A DNA stretch of 64,000 bases, taken from positions 4,128,001 to 4,192,000 of the forward strand of contig OY781964.1 of NCBI GenBank assembly GCA_963677485.1, written 5' to 3'. The translations under genes and the position numbers were made by a program. This stretch comes from Armatimonadota bacterium (GTDB taxonomy: Bacteria > Armatimonadota > HRBIN16). Positions 48,758-58,305 of this stretch are shown one piece after another. The stretch's first letter is position 1. Each line of letters opens with the position of its first letter. The notes beneath the pieces are model-generated. The model was given only the letters and a program-made list of their open reading frames with translations, had not been told where the DNA came from and did no database searches.

Positions 48758-50203
48758 CTACAGATCCGCCTGTGCTCCGAAGTTGGTGTCCAGCACAACA
48801 TAGTCGAACAGGTTGACCATTCCATCACCGTTGACGTCACTGTTCACATCGCTATGCCCGAAATTGATATCTAGTTGGACATAGTCGAAGAGGTTGATCT
48901 GTCCGTTGCCATCAGCGTCACCCGGTACCAGCGTGATGGTCAGGTTCTGAGAGCCGCCAGCGGGGGTGATCTGAAGGGTTCGCTTCAGGAATGGGCGAGC
49001 GGTGAGCTCTACCTTCAATTCAGCCTGCGGAACTGTGCCGAGAGGTATGGCACCATCGGACAGGCTGACTGCGGTGTAGTTATCAAACAACCCATCAGGC
49101 CCGCTGAGTGTTACATTGAAGCTGCGATCCGCTTTTGAACCTAACCAGCTACTTATGGAAGGGTCAAGCACCAGGGAGGTCAGCGGGTTTGGCTGCTGCA
49201 CCACGTTGGCACTCAGTTTGCTGTCAGTGACGGTTCCCATAACCCCAAGATAGCTGCCCACTGCAGGACGGCGGTCGGACAGCACTTCCAGCTCGCCAGA
49301 GGCGTCAACAAGAACAAAACCGGTGGCTGTGGTCCTTGCGACCCTCTTATTGACGATACATACTGGCGATTGGCTGGAGTTGGCGGCTTCCTGGCAGGTG
49401 TCGAGTGACTCTGCGACAAAGGAGGGTGATTTCACCCACAATCGGTAGGTGTCAATGAACGGAGACTGCAGGTCCTCCTGGTCGAAAATGGCCGCGACTG
49501 CGAATTTGGAATAACTGGGTGCTGTTGTTCCGAAGGCTCCCTGGGAGGCCAGATATAGATTGATCTCGCCCGTTGCGTCCTTGACAGGGATGGTGCCATC
49601 TGGCTTCCATGTGATTGATCCACCCTGAGGCGGGTTAAATTCGAGGCCGTGAAGCATGACCCATCGTCCTTGATATCGCTCGCCTCCGGTGGCGCGTGTG
49701 ACATCGAAGCTGTTGCATGATCCCACGCTGGGGATCAACTGGGCGTCAGGCATGCCTGGGTGGTCGACAATTTGAACTGTAAATCTCATCACAGGGGCCG
49801 AGGAGTGGCGGTCGTTGATAAGCACTTTTCCGCGGTTGTCCGCCAGAAAACCGGTGATGCGAAGACGGTCACCTGCAGCAAACGGAATGTATTCGGCAGG
49901 ACGCCACAGATTGCCGTAATAGAATTTGCCGGACCATGCCTGGATTCCGCCTTTATCTGAGGTGGTGTCCTGGAGGAAGGCCGTATACATTACACTGGGG
50001 TCGAGTAGTTCGTTCCATCCGGCCAACGCGACGCCTTCTACGGTGACACGGTTGGATTCCACGGGGTCGGCATTGACTAGAGCATACGCGCCAGTGCCAT
50101 CAGCCTTTGGTGCCTGTGTGTCCCATATAGGAGCATTGGCCATAGCGTGGACAGAGATCACTGCCAGTAAGGAAGTGAAGACGGGTGATACCAATCGATT
50201 CAT
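48758..50203 (-). CDS. Secreted protein with probable OB-fold region and C-terminal dockerin-like domain
   Basis: Signal peptide from ATG 50203; VTVEGV, GD.L.ITG and ERYQG..V.L motifs; GDADGNGQINLFDY / DVNGDGMVNLFDY. Confidence 0.75.
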   Translation of the reverse strand: MNRLVSPVFTSLLAVISVHAMANAPIWDTQAPKADGTGAYALVNADPVESNRVTVEGVALAGWNELLDPSVMYTAFLQDTTSDKGGIQAWSGKFYYGNLWRPAEYIPFAAGDRLRITGFLADNRGKVLINDRHSSAPVMRFTVQIVDHPGMPDAQLIPSVGSCNSFDVTRATGGERYQGRWVMLHGLEFNPPQGGSITWKPDGTIPVKDATGEINLYLASQGAFGTTAPSYSKFAVAAIFDQEDLQSPFIDTYRLWVKSPSFVAESLDTCQEAANSSQSPVCIVNKRVARTTATGFVLVDASGELEVLSDRRPAVGSYLGVMGTVTDSKLSANVVQQPNPLTSLVLDPSISSWLGSKADRSFNVTLSGPDGLFDNYTAVSLSDGAIPLGTVPQAELKVELTARPFLKRTLQITPAGGSQNLTITLVPGDADGNGQINLFDYVQLDINFGHSDVNSDVNGDGMVNLFDYVVLDTNFGAQADL

Positions 50204-50213
50204 CAGGTCCCCC

Positions 50214-50230
50214 TTGAGTAACAATTTCAA
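50214..50230. promoter_or_regulatory. Candidate Zur/Fur-family operator (TTGA-N9-TCAA)
   Basis: TTGAGTAACAATTTCAA, an AT-rich palindrome directly upstream of the RBS of the metal-uptake operon. Confidence 0.45.
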
Positions 50231-50307
50231 TATCCGCAATATGAGCGGTAGTTAATCTAATTTAGTTGTGTGTATGAGATGCTGATCTTCTGCACCCTTA
50301 CCTATAG

Positions 50308-50360
50308 TCGCAGCTCTTACGTGCCACGATCTACTATATCGTAGCACGTTAGAGCCGCGA
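50308..50360 (-). other. 23-bp imperfect hairpin upstream of the metal-uptake operon
   Basis: TCGCAGCTCTTACGTGCCACGAT / ATCGTAGCACGTTAGAGCCGCGA, 3 mismatches. Confidence 0.6.
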
Positions 50361-50536
50361 TGACAATGTGGCTTATGGTAAAGAGGTATCACTCTTTGGG
50401 GATATTGTGATGACGGCCGAGTTGCACATGAGGATGAAGGGGCTGGCTGATCTGTAACATCGCACCTAGATTAGACGCAATGTATCATGCCATGGCGCAC
50501 CTGTGGTGATGTGCCATGGCATTGCGGTTTTGACGA

Positions 50537-52492
50537 TCAGCTCTGGAACACCTTGCTGATAGCCAGCGCCGCCGGTTTCGGTCGGCACTCGTAGTCGATC
50601 ACCGAGGTGTTGGCCGCGCAGGGGAAACAGTCGTGGCCCATCCAGATGATCACGCCGCCGCATTTCGGGAACCTGCTCTTGCAGGCCTTCACGGCGATCT
50701 CCAGGGCCTGGCTTTGCCTCTGCTGACTCCACTGCACGTATTCGGCGGGGGAGATGGGCTCACAGCCGTTGTCTTTCACCACGTTGTCGTAGTCAATCCA
50801 CCAGCAGATCGGCCGCCGCCACAATGGGTTGCTGGTGTTGACGGGCATGATCTCGCACTCACCGCGGTAACGCTCTAGGATGTCGAGGGAGCTGGCTCCG
50901 GAGCAACCCGTCTCTGAACGGAACAGCGCATCGTCCTTGGCCCAGTAGTCTGCCCACTCGGCCAGGGACTCATCGGCCATGCCGAAGCCGCCTGGCTTCC
51001 ATGGGCCATGGACATCCCAGTTCACCCCCTGACCGAACTCTGACTTATCCGCGGTGGACCTTGGACCGCTGCCAGAAGCCACCACGAACCTCCGTGACCT
51101 GTCCTTCTGCTTGCACACCTTGGCCAGTGCTTTGATCATGGGGTGCTCAACGGTGACGGGCACGTTGTTGCTGTCGTAGAGCTCATTCCCACCGCTCCAG
51201 ATCACAAGGGAGGCGTGGTGGCCTCGGCGTGCGATATATGATTTGGCTACCTTCACCATCTCGCTGATGAACTGCTCGTCCTCTGGTGGGTAATTGTCGA
51301 TGCCTGACGAGGAGAGCGGGAACTCCTGCCAGACCATGATCCCCAGCTCATCGCAGATATCGTAGAAGCACTCTTTTTCCAGCACCCCGCCGCCCCACAC
51401 GCGCAGCAGGTTGAAACCCAGCTCCTTGTATAAATCCAGATGCTGCCGATATTGCTCCTCGGTGACATCCGCGAAGTTGGGTCTGATGGGAACCCAGTTG
51501 GCTCCCTGTATGAATACTGAATATTCGTTGCACTTCAACAGCCATGGGTCTGCTTGTCGTGGCGCACCTTCACAAGGCCTCCAGTGGATTTCGCGTATGG
51601 CCACCCTCTTGATCAGCTCATCGACGACGTCACCATCGTCATCAAGCAGAGATAACCGCGCGTGATATAACGGCTGTTCGCCATACTGATGTGGGTACCA
51701 ACGCTCAAGACCATTAAGGTAGGTCATGTAGATTACAAAGTCGTCTAGCCAATCTGCGGACACCTCTTGGCTATAAAGAACGCAGCCATTTTGTTCTACT
51801 GATACTCGCAACGAATAGTCGTCCGGACACTTCGCTTTGCCTCTGACTGTAAGGCATTGGCCGTCATCTTCGCTGTAAAACGCCTCAAAAGAAGCCTTGG
51901 ATATCTCTACTCCATCGGTTTCCACGAATTCAATGGTGTCCCATACGCCTGTTTGGACCAGACGAACCGTCCAGTCCCAGGTGTAGTTGAACCGCACCTT
52001 CCAATCGGTCATCTTAGAGGTGTATCCGAACTGACCCAGCCATCGGGGAGGGCAATCGAACACAATCTGTAGGATGTTACCTTTCGGCTGCATCTCGCAG
52101 GACAGATCGATGACATGAGGGATGTGAGAACCGTTGAAGGATTTAACCTCCACGCCATTCAGCAGCACCCAGCCCGAACCATCGAGCCCCTGGCAGTCCA
52201 ACCGGTACTTCAGCTTTTTGGCCAGCCATTCATCTGGGATGGTCGCCTGATACACCCAGTGCAGGTTCTCCACCCATTGGCATGCGCGGTAGTTGAGCCC
52301 GACATTCCAGTCGGGCAGCAGGCCAGCCTGCAGCAGAGCCATTTGCACAGAGCCTGGCACTTTGGCGGGGATCGCTGTGATCTCTGCCGACTGTGATGTA
52401 TTGGCCTCGATGGGGTTGCCCAGCTTCCATAGATAGGGCAGCCAGCCAGTAAGGCTCCAGTCGAGTTGAGACAGATTGTATGCAGTTTTCAT
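50537..52492 (-). CDS. GH2 beta-mannosidase-like glycoside hydrolase
   Basis: VPGSV..AL, GANWVP, FNLLRVWGGG, CDELGIMVWQEF, WSGGNE, FRSETG. Confidence 0.9.
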   Translation of the reverse strand: MKTAYNLSQLDWSLTGWLPYLWKLGNPIEANTSQSAEITAIPAKVPGSVQMALLQAGLLPDWNVGLNYRACQWVENLHWVYQATIPDEWLAKKLKYRLDCQGLDGSGWVLLNGVEVKSFNGSHIPHVIDLSCEMQPKGNILQIVFDCPPRWLGQFGYTSKMTDWKVRFNYTWDWTVRLVQTGVWDTIEFVETDGVEISKASFEAFYSEDDGQCLTVRGKAKCPDDYSLRVSVEQNGCVLYSQEVSADWLDDFVIYMTYLNGLERWYPHQYGEQPLYHARLSLLDDDGDVVDELIKRVAIREIHWRPCEGAPRQADPWLLKCNEYSVFIQGANWVPIRPNFADVTEEQYRQHLDLYKELGFNLLRVWGGGVLEKECFYDICDELGIMVWQEFPLSSSGIDNYPPEDEQFISEMVKVAKSYIARRGHHASLVIWSGGNELYDSNNVPVTVEHPMIKALAKVCKQKDRSRRFVVASGSGPRSTADKSEFGQGVNWDVHGPWKPGGFGMADESLAEWADYWAKDDALFRSETGCSGASSLDILERYRGECEIMPVNTSNPLWRRPICWWIDYDNVVKDNGCEPISPAEYVQWSQQRQSQALEIAVKACKSRFPKCGGVIIWMGHDCFPCAANTSVIDYECRPKPAALAISKVFQS

Positions 52493-52520
52493 GAGTTCTC
52501 CTGTATTTATATCGGCTGCT

Positions 52521-52651
52521 TATGTCCGGGGCGGTCTGTCAGTACGCTTGCGATGACTGCTGTTTATAGACCGCGCCGGTCTTGTTCCCGATACCAGTCT
52601 TTGGTGGCTGTCCGCCAGACCGGCGCGGTTAGGGAAAACCGCCCCGGACAT
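52521..52651. mobile_element. MITE/REPIN-like element copy 3 (internally shortened)
   Basis: Same TATGTCCGGGGCGGT / ACCGCCCCGGACA ends and internal IR; right arm shortened. Confidence 0.75.
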
Positions 52652-52864
52652 TGGCCACGCTTGCTGAAAACAAAATGCGAAAAGGACTTAGCCCATCTGA
52701 GTTACATTTAGGTAACGCACATTGGACCTGTCAATCTGCATGATCCTGTCGAGAGTGTAACACCGCAAGCCATAGGACGTCAACAAGCAGCCGAAAGAAG
52801 GTATTTGCCACATACTGCGGCGAATATATCCAATGGAAGTCACTTGCTTTGGGAGGGTTTCTGA

Positions 52865-55474
52865 GTGAAATTTGTTATTGTCTGTCTGGTTGTGATCATC
52901 TCCACCGTGAGTTGTTTTGCTGCTCAGCCTGTGATGAAGAGCCTTGTTATGTTCGAAGGTAAAGGAAGCAATCTGCTGCTGAATGGCAGCCTGACCGAGA
53001 TCGAAGGTCAACGCTTTCGAAACTGGGCTCCGTATTACGATGGCTACACCCTCGCCAGGGGAGCTGGCAGAGACAGCTCGGATGCACTCATGTGCGAATC
53101 CGATGGCACCACCGGCAGGATGGGTGCTTTGCAGACGGTCGTTCTGAACCAAAAGCAAGCCTACCCGATCGGTGTTTCGTGCTGGAGCAAGAGCGAGGGC
53201 GTGGACGGTATTCCGGGTGGTGACTATTCCATATACCTGGACCTGCAATACACCGATGGCACTCCGATCTGGGGCCAACTGCGTGCCTTCCCAACCGACA
53301 CTAATGGCTGGAACAACCATAAGTTTGTGATCTACACCACTAAGCCGATCAAGTCGATAGCGGTGTTCTGCCTGTTTCGCAACCGTAAGGGCAGGGTGTG
53401 GTTTGACGACGCACGGGTGGAGCAACTGCGATCTACCGCCAGTGTGAGCATGCTTCAGGGCCAACCAGTGCAGTTGATGAAACAACCACGCTCCAAGAAT
53501 CCAGGATTGGTGGTTTCTGCAAAGAATGGCTTGAGTTTGGGGCTTGATGGTGCTGCCGTCTCATCTGTGAAGTTCAACGGCCGGCAGTTGGGCTGCGACG
53601 CGCCTTCAGGGTTCATGGTCAGGGATATGAAGCAGGGGTCCGACTACTATGGCTTCTCAGCCGCTGTTAAAGATGGTACTCTGAAAGCCTCGTGTGCAGA
53701 GCTGGGTGTCAACCTGCAGGCGGTATTCAAACCAGAGGCCGACTGCATCAGGGTAACCGGACGTATCACGGACATCACCCGAAAAGAACGGGCCTTGAAC
53801 ATGATGTTCGCGCTGCCTATTGATGCGCCGGGCTGGAGCTGGGGCGACGATGTCCGCCGCAGCCGAGTCATACAGATGCGGGATACGAAGAACGCCGGTG
53901 CGGAGTACATCAACGCCGTCAGCATTCCGTGCGGCTCTACCACCACCGCATCTCTCTACCCGGTGGCGGCTATCTCGGGGAAACGGGATGGGCTGTGCAT
54001 CGGAATCGACATGGGCAAGATCGCGGTTTACCGGGTGTTCTACAACTCCTCCACCCGCCAACTGGCGATATCGTATGATTTCGGTCTGGTGCCCGATTCG
54101 GTGAAGCATCCGGGTTCCGCGGAGTTTTCGTTCGTGATCTACCGGTTTGATCCTGAATGGGGTTTCCGCCAGGCCTGGGCCGATTATGCGCGAATATTTC
54201 CCGACTACTTTAAAGTGCGGTCTCCTAAGCACGGTATATGGATGCCGTTCGGCGATATCAGCCGGATTCAAGGCTGGCAGGATTTCGGGTTCAAATACCA
54301 TGAGGGCATTGAGAATGTGCCTTTTGACGTCGCCAATGAGCTGCTGGCGTTCCGCTATTCGGAGCCGACCACATGGTGGATGCCGATGCCTAAGGGTGGG
54401 GCACGCACAGAGGAGGCGGTGCTAGCGGAGCGTGACAAACTCGCCAGCACGAATCTGATGGCGAATGCGGTGATCAATTCGGGCATGGTCGATGTGCAGG
54501 GCAAGCCGTGCTACCTGGTGCAGGATGCCCCCTGGTGTGACGGAGCGGTGTGGAACATGAGCGTCAACCCCTACCTGCCTAAAAAGCCGAACGGTGCCTC
54601 GGTCATTTGGAACGATGAGGTGCGTGCTGCCGATTATGGAAGTAGTACGAAGCCTGTGCGTGCCGGTGAGTATCTAGATTCGCTGGAAGGCTACATCACC
54701 GCCGACCTGAACTACCGAAAAGATCATTACCGATACTCCTCAGTGCCTCTCTGCTTCGATGACAACAACAATATCGTGATGTTCAACGGGCCAGCCATAT
54801 ACGAGTTCGTCAAGTGGATATCTGAGGATGTCCACAGCATGGGCAAGCTGATGTTCGCGAATGGTGTGCCGTATAGATTTACCTACCTCTGCCCCTGGCT
54901 GGATGTGATGGGCACAGAGACCAACTGGCTGCCGGGCGATGTGTTCACACCAGACGCCGATGAAACAATGATCATGCGCCGTTCGATGGTTTACGGCAAG
55001 CCGTATCTGCTGCTGATGAACACTCGCTTTGACGCGTTCGGGGTGGACATGGTGGAACGCTATTTCAAACGCAGTGCGTTCTACGGAATACTGCCCGGCA
55101 TGTTCAGCCACAACGCCGCCAATGAGGCCTATTTCGACACCCCGAAATGGTATAACCGCGACCGTGCGTTGTTTAAACGCTACATCCCGCTGATCACGCG
55201 CCTCTCGGAAAGCGGTTGGCAGCCTGTCAGCTACGCACAAAGCTCCAACAAGACGATATATGTGGAGCGATATGGTAAAAACTTCATCACATTACTGAAC
55301 GACAGCAAGGAACCACAGACCGCAACCATACGCCTAGATACCGCGAAACTGGGCGTGAAGCCGGATTTCACGGCCATCGAGCGGTTTTCTGGCAAGAGTA
55401 TCAAGGTCACAAAGTCCGCGTTTACAGTCGCTTTGCCCGCAGGTGATGTGATGATGGTCGATCTGGCACCGTAA
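52865..55474 (+). CDS. Secreted putative carbohydrate-active protein (N-terminal CBM-like jelly roll plus TIM-barrel-like region)
   Basis: Signal peptide; NLLLNGS...GRVWFDD CBM4/9-like domain; GEYLDS, MFAN and DVMGTE in the C-terminal half. Confidence 0.6.
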   Translation: MKFVIVCLVVIISTVSCFAAQPVMKSLVMFEGKGSNLLLNGSLTEIEGQRFRNWAPYYDGYTLARGAGRDSSDALMCESDGTTGRMGALQTVVLNQKQAYPIGVSCWSKSEGVDGIPGGDYSIYLDLQYTDGTPIWGQLRAFPTDTNGWNNHKFVIYTTKPIKSIAVFCLFRNRKGRVWFDDARVEQLRSTASVSMLQGQPVQLMKQPRSKNPGLVVSAKNGLSLGLDGAAVSSVKFNGRQLGCDAPSGFMVRDMKQGSDYYGFSAAVKDGTLKASCAELGVNLQAVFKPEADCIRVTGRITDITRKERALNMMFALPIDAPGWSWGDDVRRSRVIQMRDTKNAGAEYINAVSIPCGSTTTASLYPVAAISGKRDGLCIGIDMGKIAVYRVFYNSSTRQLAISYDFGLVPDSVKHPGSAEFSFVIYRFDPEWGFRQAWADYARIFPDYFKVRSPKHGIWMPFGDISRIQGWQDFGFKYHEGIENVPFDVANELLAFRYSEPTTWWMPMPKGGARTEEAVLAERDKLASTNLMANAVINSGMVDVQGKPCYLVQDAPWCDGAVWNMSVNPYLPKKPNGASVIWNDEVRAADYGSSTKPVRAGEYLDSLEGYITADLNYRKDHYRYSSVPLCFDDNNNIVMFNGPAIYEFVKWISEDVHSMGKLMFANGVPYRFTYLCPWLDVMGTETNWLPGDVFTPDADETMIMRRSMVYGKPYLLLMNTRFDAFGVDMVERYFKRSAFYGILPGMFSHNAANEAYFDTPKWYNRDRALFKRYIPLITRLSESGWQPVSYAQSSNKTIYVERYGKNFITLLNDSKEPQTATIRLDTAKLGVKPDFTAIERFSGKSIKVTKSAFTVALPAGDVMMVDLAP

Positions 55475-55524
55475 CAGCATTTGACCCAGCAAAAACAATC
55501 ACTAACATATGAAGGGAACCTGAT

Positions 55525-56589
55525 ATGGTTAATGTAGGAATCATAGGCTGCGGAGGGATATCGCATTTCCACTATGAGGGTTATGAACGTGCTGGAGCAC
55601 GCATTACCCACATATGCGATTTGCGCAGGGAGGCCGCACAGCCGGTCGGCGACCGATATGGGGCGGCAGTGAGCACCGATTACCATGAGCTCATCAATGA
55701 CCCGCAAGTCGATCTCATCAGCGTCCTGACCATCGCCTCCGCACACAAGGAGATATGCCTGGCGGCCATTGCCGCTGGCAAAGGGGTAGTGTGCGAAAAA
55801 ACACTCTCCGATAATCCCGCCGATTCATCCGAAATCGCCAGAGCGGCAGATAGTGCCGGCAACTTCTTCAGCACCGCCTATATGAAACGGCATTTCTCGG
55901 CCGCCAAACAGGCGAAGTGGCTTCTAGAAGATATGGGTGAGGTCATCAGCGTTTATGTTCGTTCCTATCAGCCTTGGGATATCTGGACGACCCCATTATA
56001 TGACGGGTTGACCGATCATCCTTCTGCATATGTCCGAAACTACGGGGGCGGGATGCTGGTGATGGCTGGTAGCCATATGCTGGATCTAGTTCACTGGCTT
56101 CTTGGCCGTCCCGTGCAGGTGGTTGGTGATATGAACATCCGGGCAGGGATGGATGTGGAACGCCAGGCTAACGCCATGCTTTGGCTGCAGAACGGCGGAA
56201 TTGTGCATTTTGAGGCACTGGGGCATCCGTATACTACCGTCGGCTACGAACGAAACGGCTGGGATGAGCGGATTGAGATCAACACCGTGAAGGGCCGGCT
56301 TGAGCTGTATACTGTCACCTGGAACCACCCAGAGCGCAACGGTGCACTGCTCGTGCATCTCGATAATACCACTGGCCGGTCCATTGAGTACCGCTATCCA
56401 GCGGAAAACCCGTTTGATCTGGAGATGGCGGAGATAGTTCGCCGGTTCTCAGCCGGTGAACCAGGGGTGCCGTCTGCCTGGGATGGGTATGTGGTCGATG
56501 AGCTCATCGCCCATATCACTCAAAGTGCCCGCACTCGAACGGTGCTGCCGGTTGTTTACCGCGACCTTGCCGATACAGAGTCATCATAA
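55525..56589 (+). CDS. Gfo/Idh/MocA family oxidoreductase
   Basis: VGIIGCGGI, D..ELI.DP.VD, H, CEK, GGG.L...GSH.LD. Confidence 0.9.
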   Translation: MVNVGIIGCGGISHFHYEGYERAGARITHICDLRREAAQPVGDRYGAAVSTDYHELINDPQVDLISVLTIASAHKEICLAAIAAGKGVVCEKTLSDNPADSSEIARAADSAGNFFSTAYMKRHFSAAKQAKWLLEDMGEVISVYVRSYQPWDIWTTPLYDGLTDHPSAYVRNYGGGMLVMAGSHMLDLVHWLLGRPVQVVGDMNIRAGMDVERQANAMLWLQNGGIVHFEALGHPYTTVGYERNGWDERIEINTVKGRLELYTVTWNHPERNGALLVHLDNTTGRSIEYRYPAENPFDLEMAEIVRRFSAGEPGVPSAWDGYVVDELIAHITQSARTRTVLPVVYRDLADTESS

Positions 56590-56649
56590 GTCGACATCAT
56601 ACATTAAATCTGGAGGAAATCATCTATCATGAACCCGCAACCATTATTA

Positions 56650-58305
56650 ATATCTTACCAACCATATTTTGAACACGGTGTATAGAATATTCTGATATTA
56701 CGCACCACACAAAGCGTTAGGCACAACGATCTGGCGAATAGCAAGTGCTGCCATGATGATACGCTTGCCAAGTGCAGTGAGGTAGTATTTGTAGCGTTTA
56801 CCGCATTTTTTAACGAGCCGGAATACTCGGCATCGCTTGATGAAGTATGATATCTGAGAGCTGGACATCTGCGGTAAGGCTTTTTGAAGCATACGGTTTG
56901 TGATCCCGCTGATGCATCCCTCTCCGCGAGCAAGTGCAATGAGACATTCCAAATCCTTCTTGAGGAAAAGGTTGAATCCTCGATACGAGCGATGATCACG
57001 GGTGGTCGAGGTCGCGATTTTGATGATCTGATGTTCACCATCGCTGTTGTCATCAAGGGCGGAAAGAAAGTCAAGATATCTGTTGTTTGCAGATAATAAC
57101 AGTTCCCTCAATGGAGGAAGGCTGTAGATGGTCTTTTGCATAGGGGCGTATTTAATCTCAGTCGTCCCATCATGATGTTCTACCTCACGGTAGTGTTTAA
57201 ATTCAGAGACGTCATTCACAGTCGTCTCGATACGCAAGATTATCCCTTGCTTGTCATACATTTTGATAGAAGCCCATCCCATGTAGTGTTTGATGCGCGT
57301 GCCTTGTATGCGGCGATCGAACTTGTAGTCAGTGCCGATCTCAGCGAGTGTTCGCCCATCAAGTTTCTTACCAAGAAACATCGCGATAGACTCTGGCGTT
57401 ACCGTATGTATCGCTGTTTTGACTAGATTATCGTAGATGGCTTTGAGGTCTTCGGCGCGTTTGAACACGATGTCTGTAGCATATTCCACCTGCATTAGCG
57501 ACCAATGATATGAATTGTCAGCAAGCCGTATCACGGGGCAATACATTCTGGCAAATGCATCCAGCGCATGGTGCAGCTTATCAGCAGGAAAAGCGTCTGC
57601 CAGCCTCTGAGCACAGCTAAAGTCGTCGATTTTTACAAAGGCGTTGTCCAGTGGAGTGAAAACTACTCCCTCGGATTGAAGGCAATGCGCGAGATAATTG
57701 TGTCCATTACAATAGAATTGCAGACGGAAGGGCACCCAGGTCGGAACTCGTAGATAGCACAGTCCAAACTCTGCATCGATGAAATAGAAGTAGTAATGAA
57801 GACACTTGGTCTCCTTGATATTCAGCCGGGTTTTGTGGGTAATCTTGTCGTGCCACGGGGTGTATGCAGGACATTTTTCCAACACTGAGAATATGTGGAC
57901 GAGACCGGGGTGACACCCTCGACTACTAATGATCTCTTTGATGCGGTCTTCTTTTCGAAATGAAGAGGCACGGCGTATATACTCAATTTCAATGCTGTTG
58001 GTAACGGCAAGGCGTTCCGCATTGGCTTTGATCTCATCTCGTAGAGGTTCGGCAAATTCCTTAGGAAAGTCAAATAGCCTGATGTTGCGTTGATGAAGAT
58101 AGATGCCCATTCCGTCGCTATGACACCAGCCTGGGATTGTACCGGTGATAACTATGCGGTCGAAGCATGAATATACCCCAGCTATCTGCTTTGCATAGCG
58201 TTCTTGAAGTGATGTCATTCTGGGCAACCTCACGAAAGGGTGTTTGAATGTATATTACGTGGCGAATGCAATCATTCCTTTTTTGGTTGCGGCTAAGCCG
58301 CCTTA
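56650..58305 (-). mobile_element. Insertion element without terminal IRs; TTA at both junctions; terminal GCGGC-TAA-GCCGC hairpin
   Basis: Precisely interrupts the SDR reading frame; visibly more AT-rich than its flanks; one large ORF. Confidence 0.85.
56698..58233 (-). CDS. Putative transposase/Rep-like protein of the insertion, with C-terminal winged HTH
   Basis: 511 aa filling the element; SCFDRI...G, CLHYYFYF.D.EFG, QVEYATDIVF, IKMYDK.G..LRIETT; C-terminal helix plus LVKK.GKRYKYYLT.LG wing. Confidence 0.75.
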   Translation of the reverse strand: MRLPRMTSLQERYAKQIAGVYSCFDRIVITGTIPGWCHSDGMGIYLHQRNIRLFDFPKEFAEPLRDEIKANAERLAVTNSIEIEYIRRASSFRKEDRIKEIISSRGCHPGLVHIFSVLEKCPAYTPWHDKITHKTRLNIKETKCLHYYFYFIDAEFGLCYLRVPTWVPFRLQFYCNGHNYLAHCLQSEGVVFTPLDNAFVKIDDFSCAQRLADAFPADKLHHALDAFARMYCPVIRLADNSYHWSLMQVEYATDIVFKRAEDLKAIYDNLVKTAIHTVTPESIAMFLGKKLDGRTLAEIGTDYKFDRRIQGTRIKHYMGWASIKMYDKQGIILRIETTVNDVSEFKHYREVEHHDGTTEIKYAPMQKTIYSLPPLRELLLSANNRYLDFLSALDDNSDGEHQIIKIATSTTRDHRSYRGFNLFLKKDLECLIALARGEGCISGITNRMLQKALPQMSSSQISYFIKRCRVFRLVKKCGKRYKYYLTALGKRIIMAALAIRQIVVPNALCGA

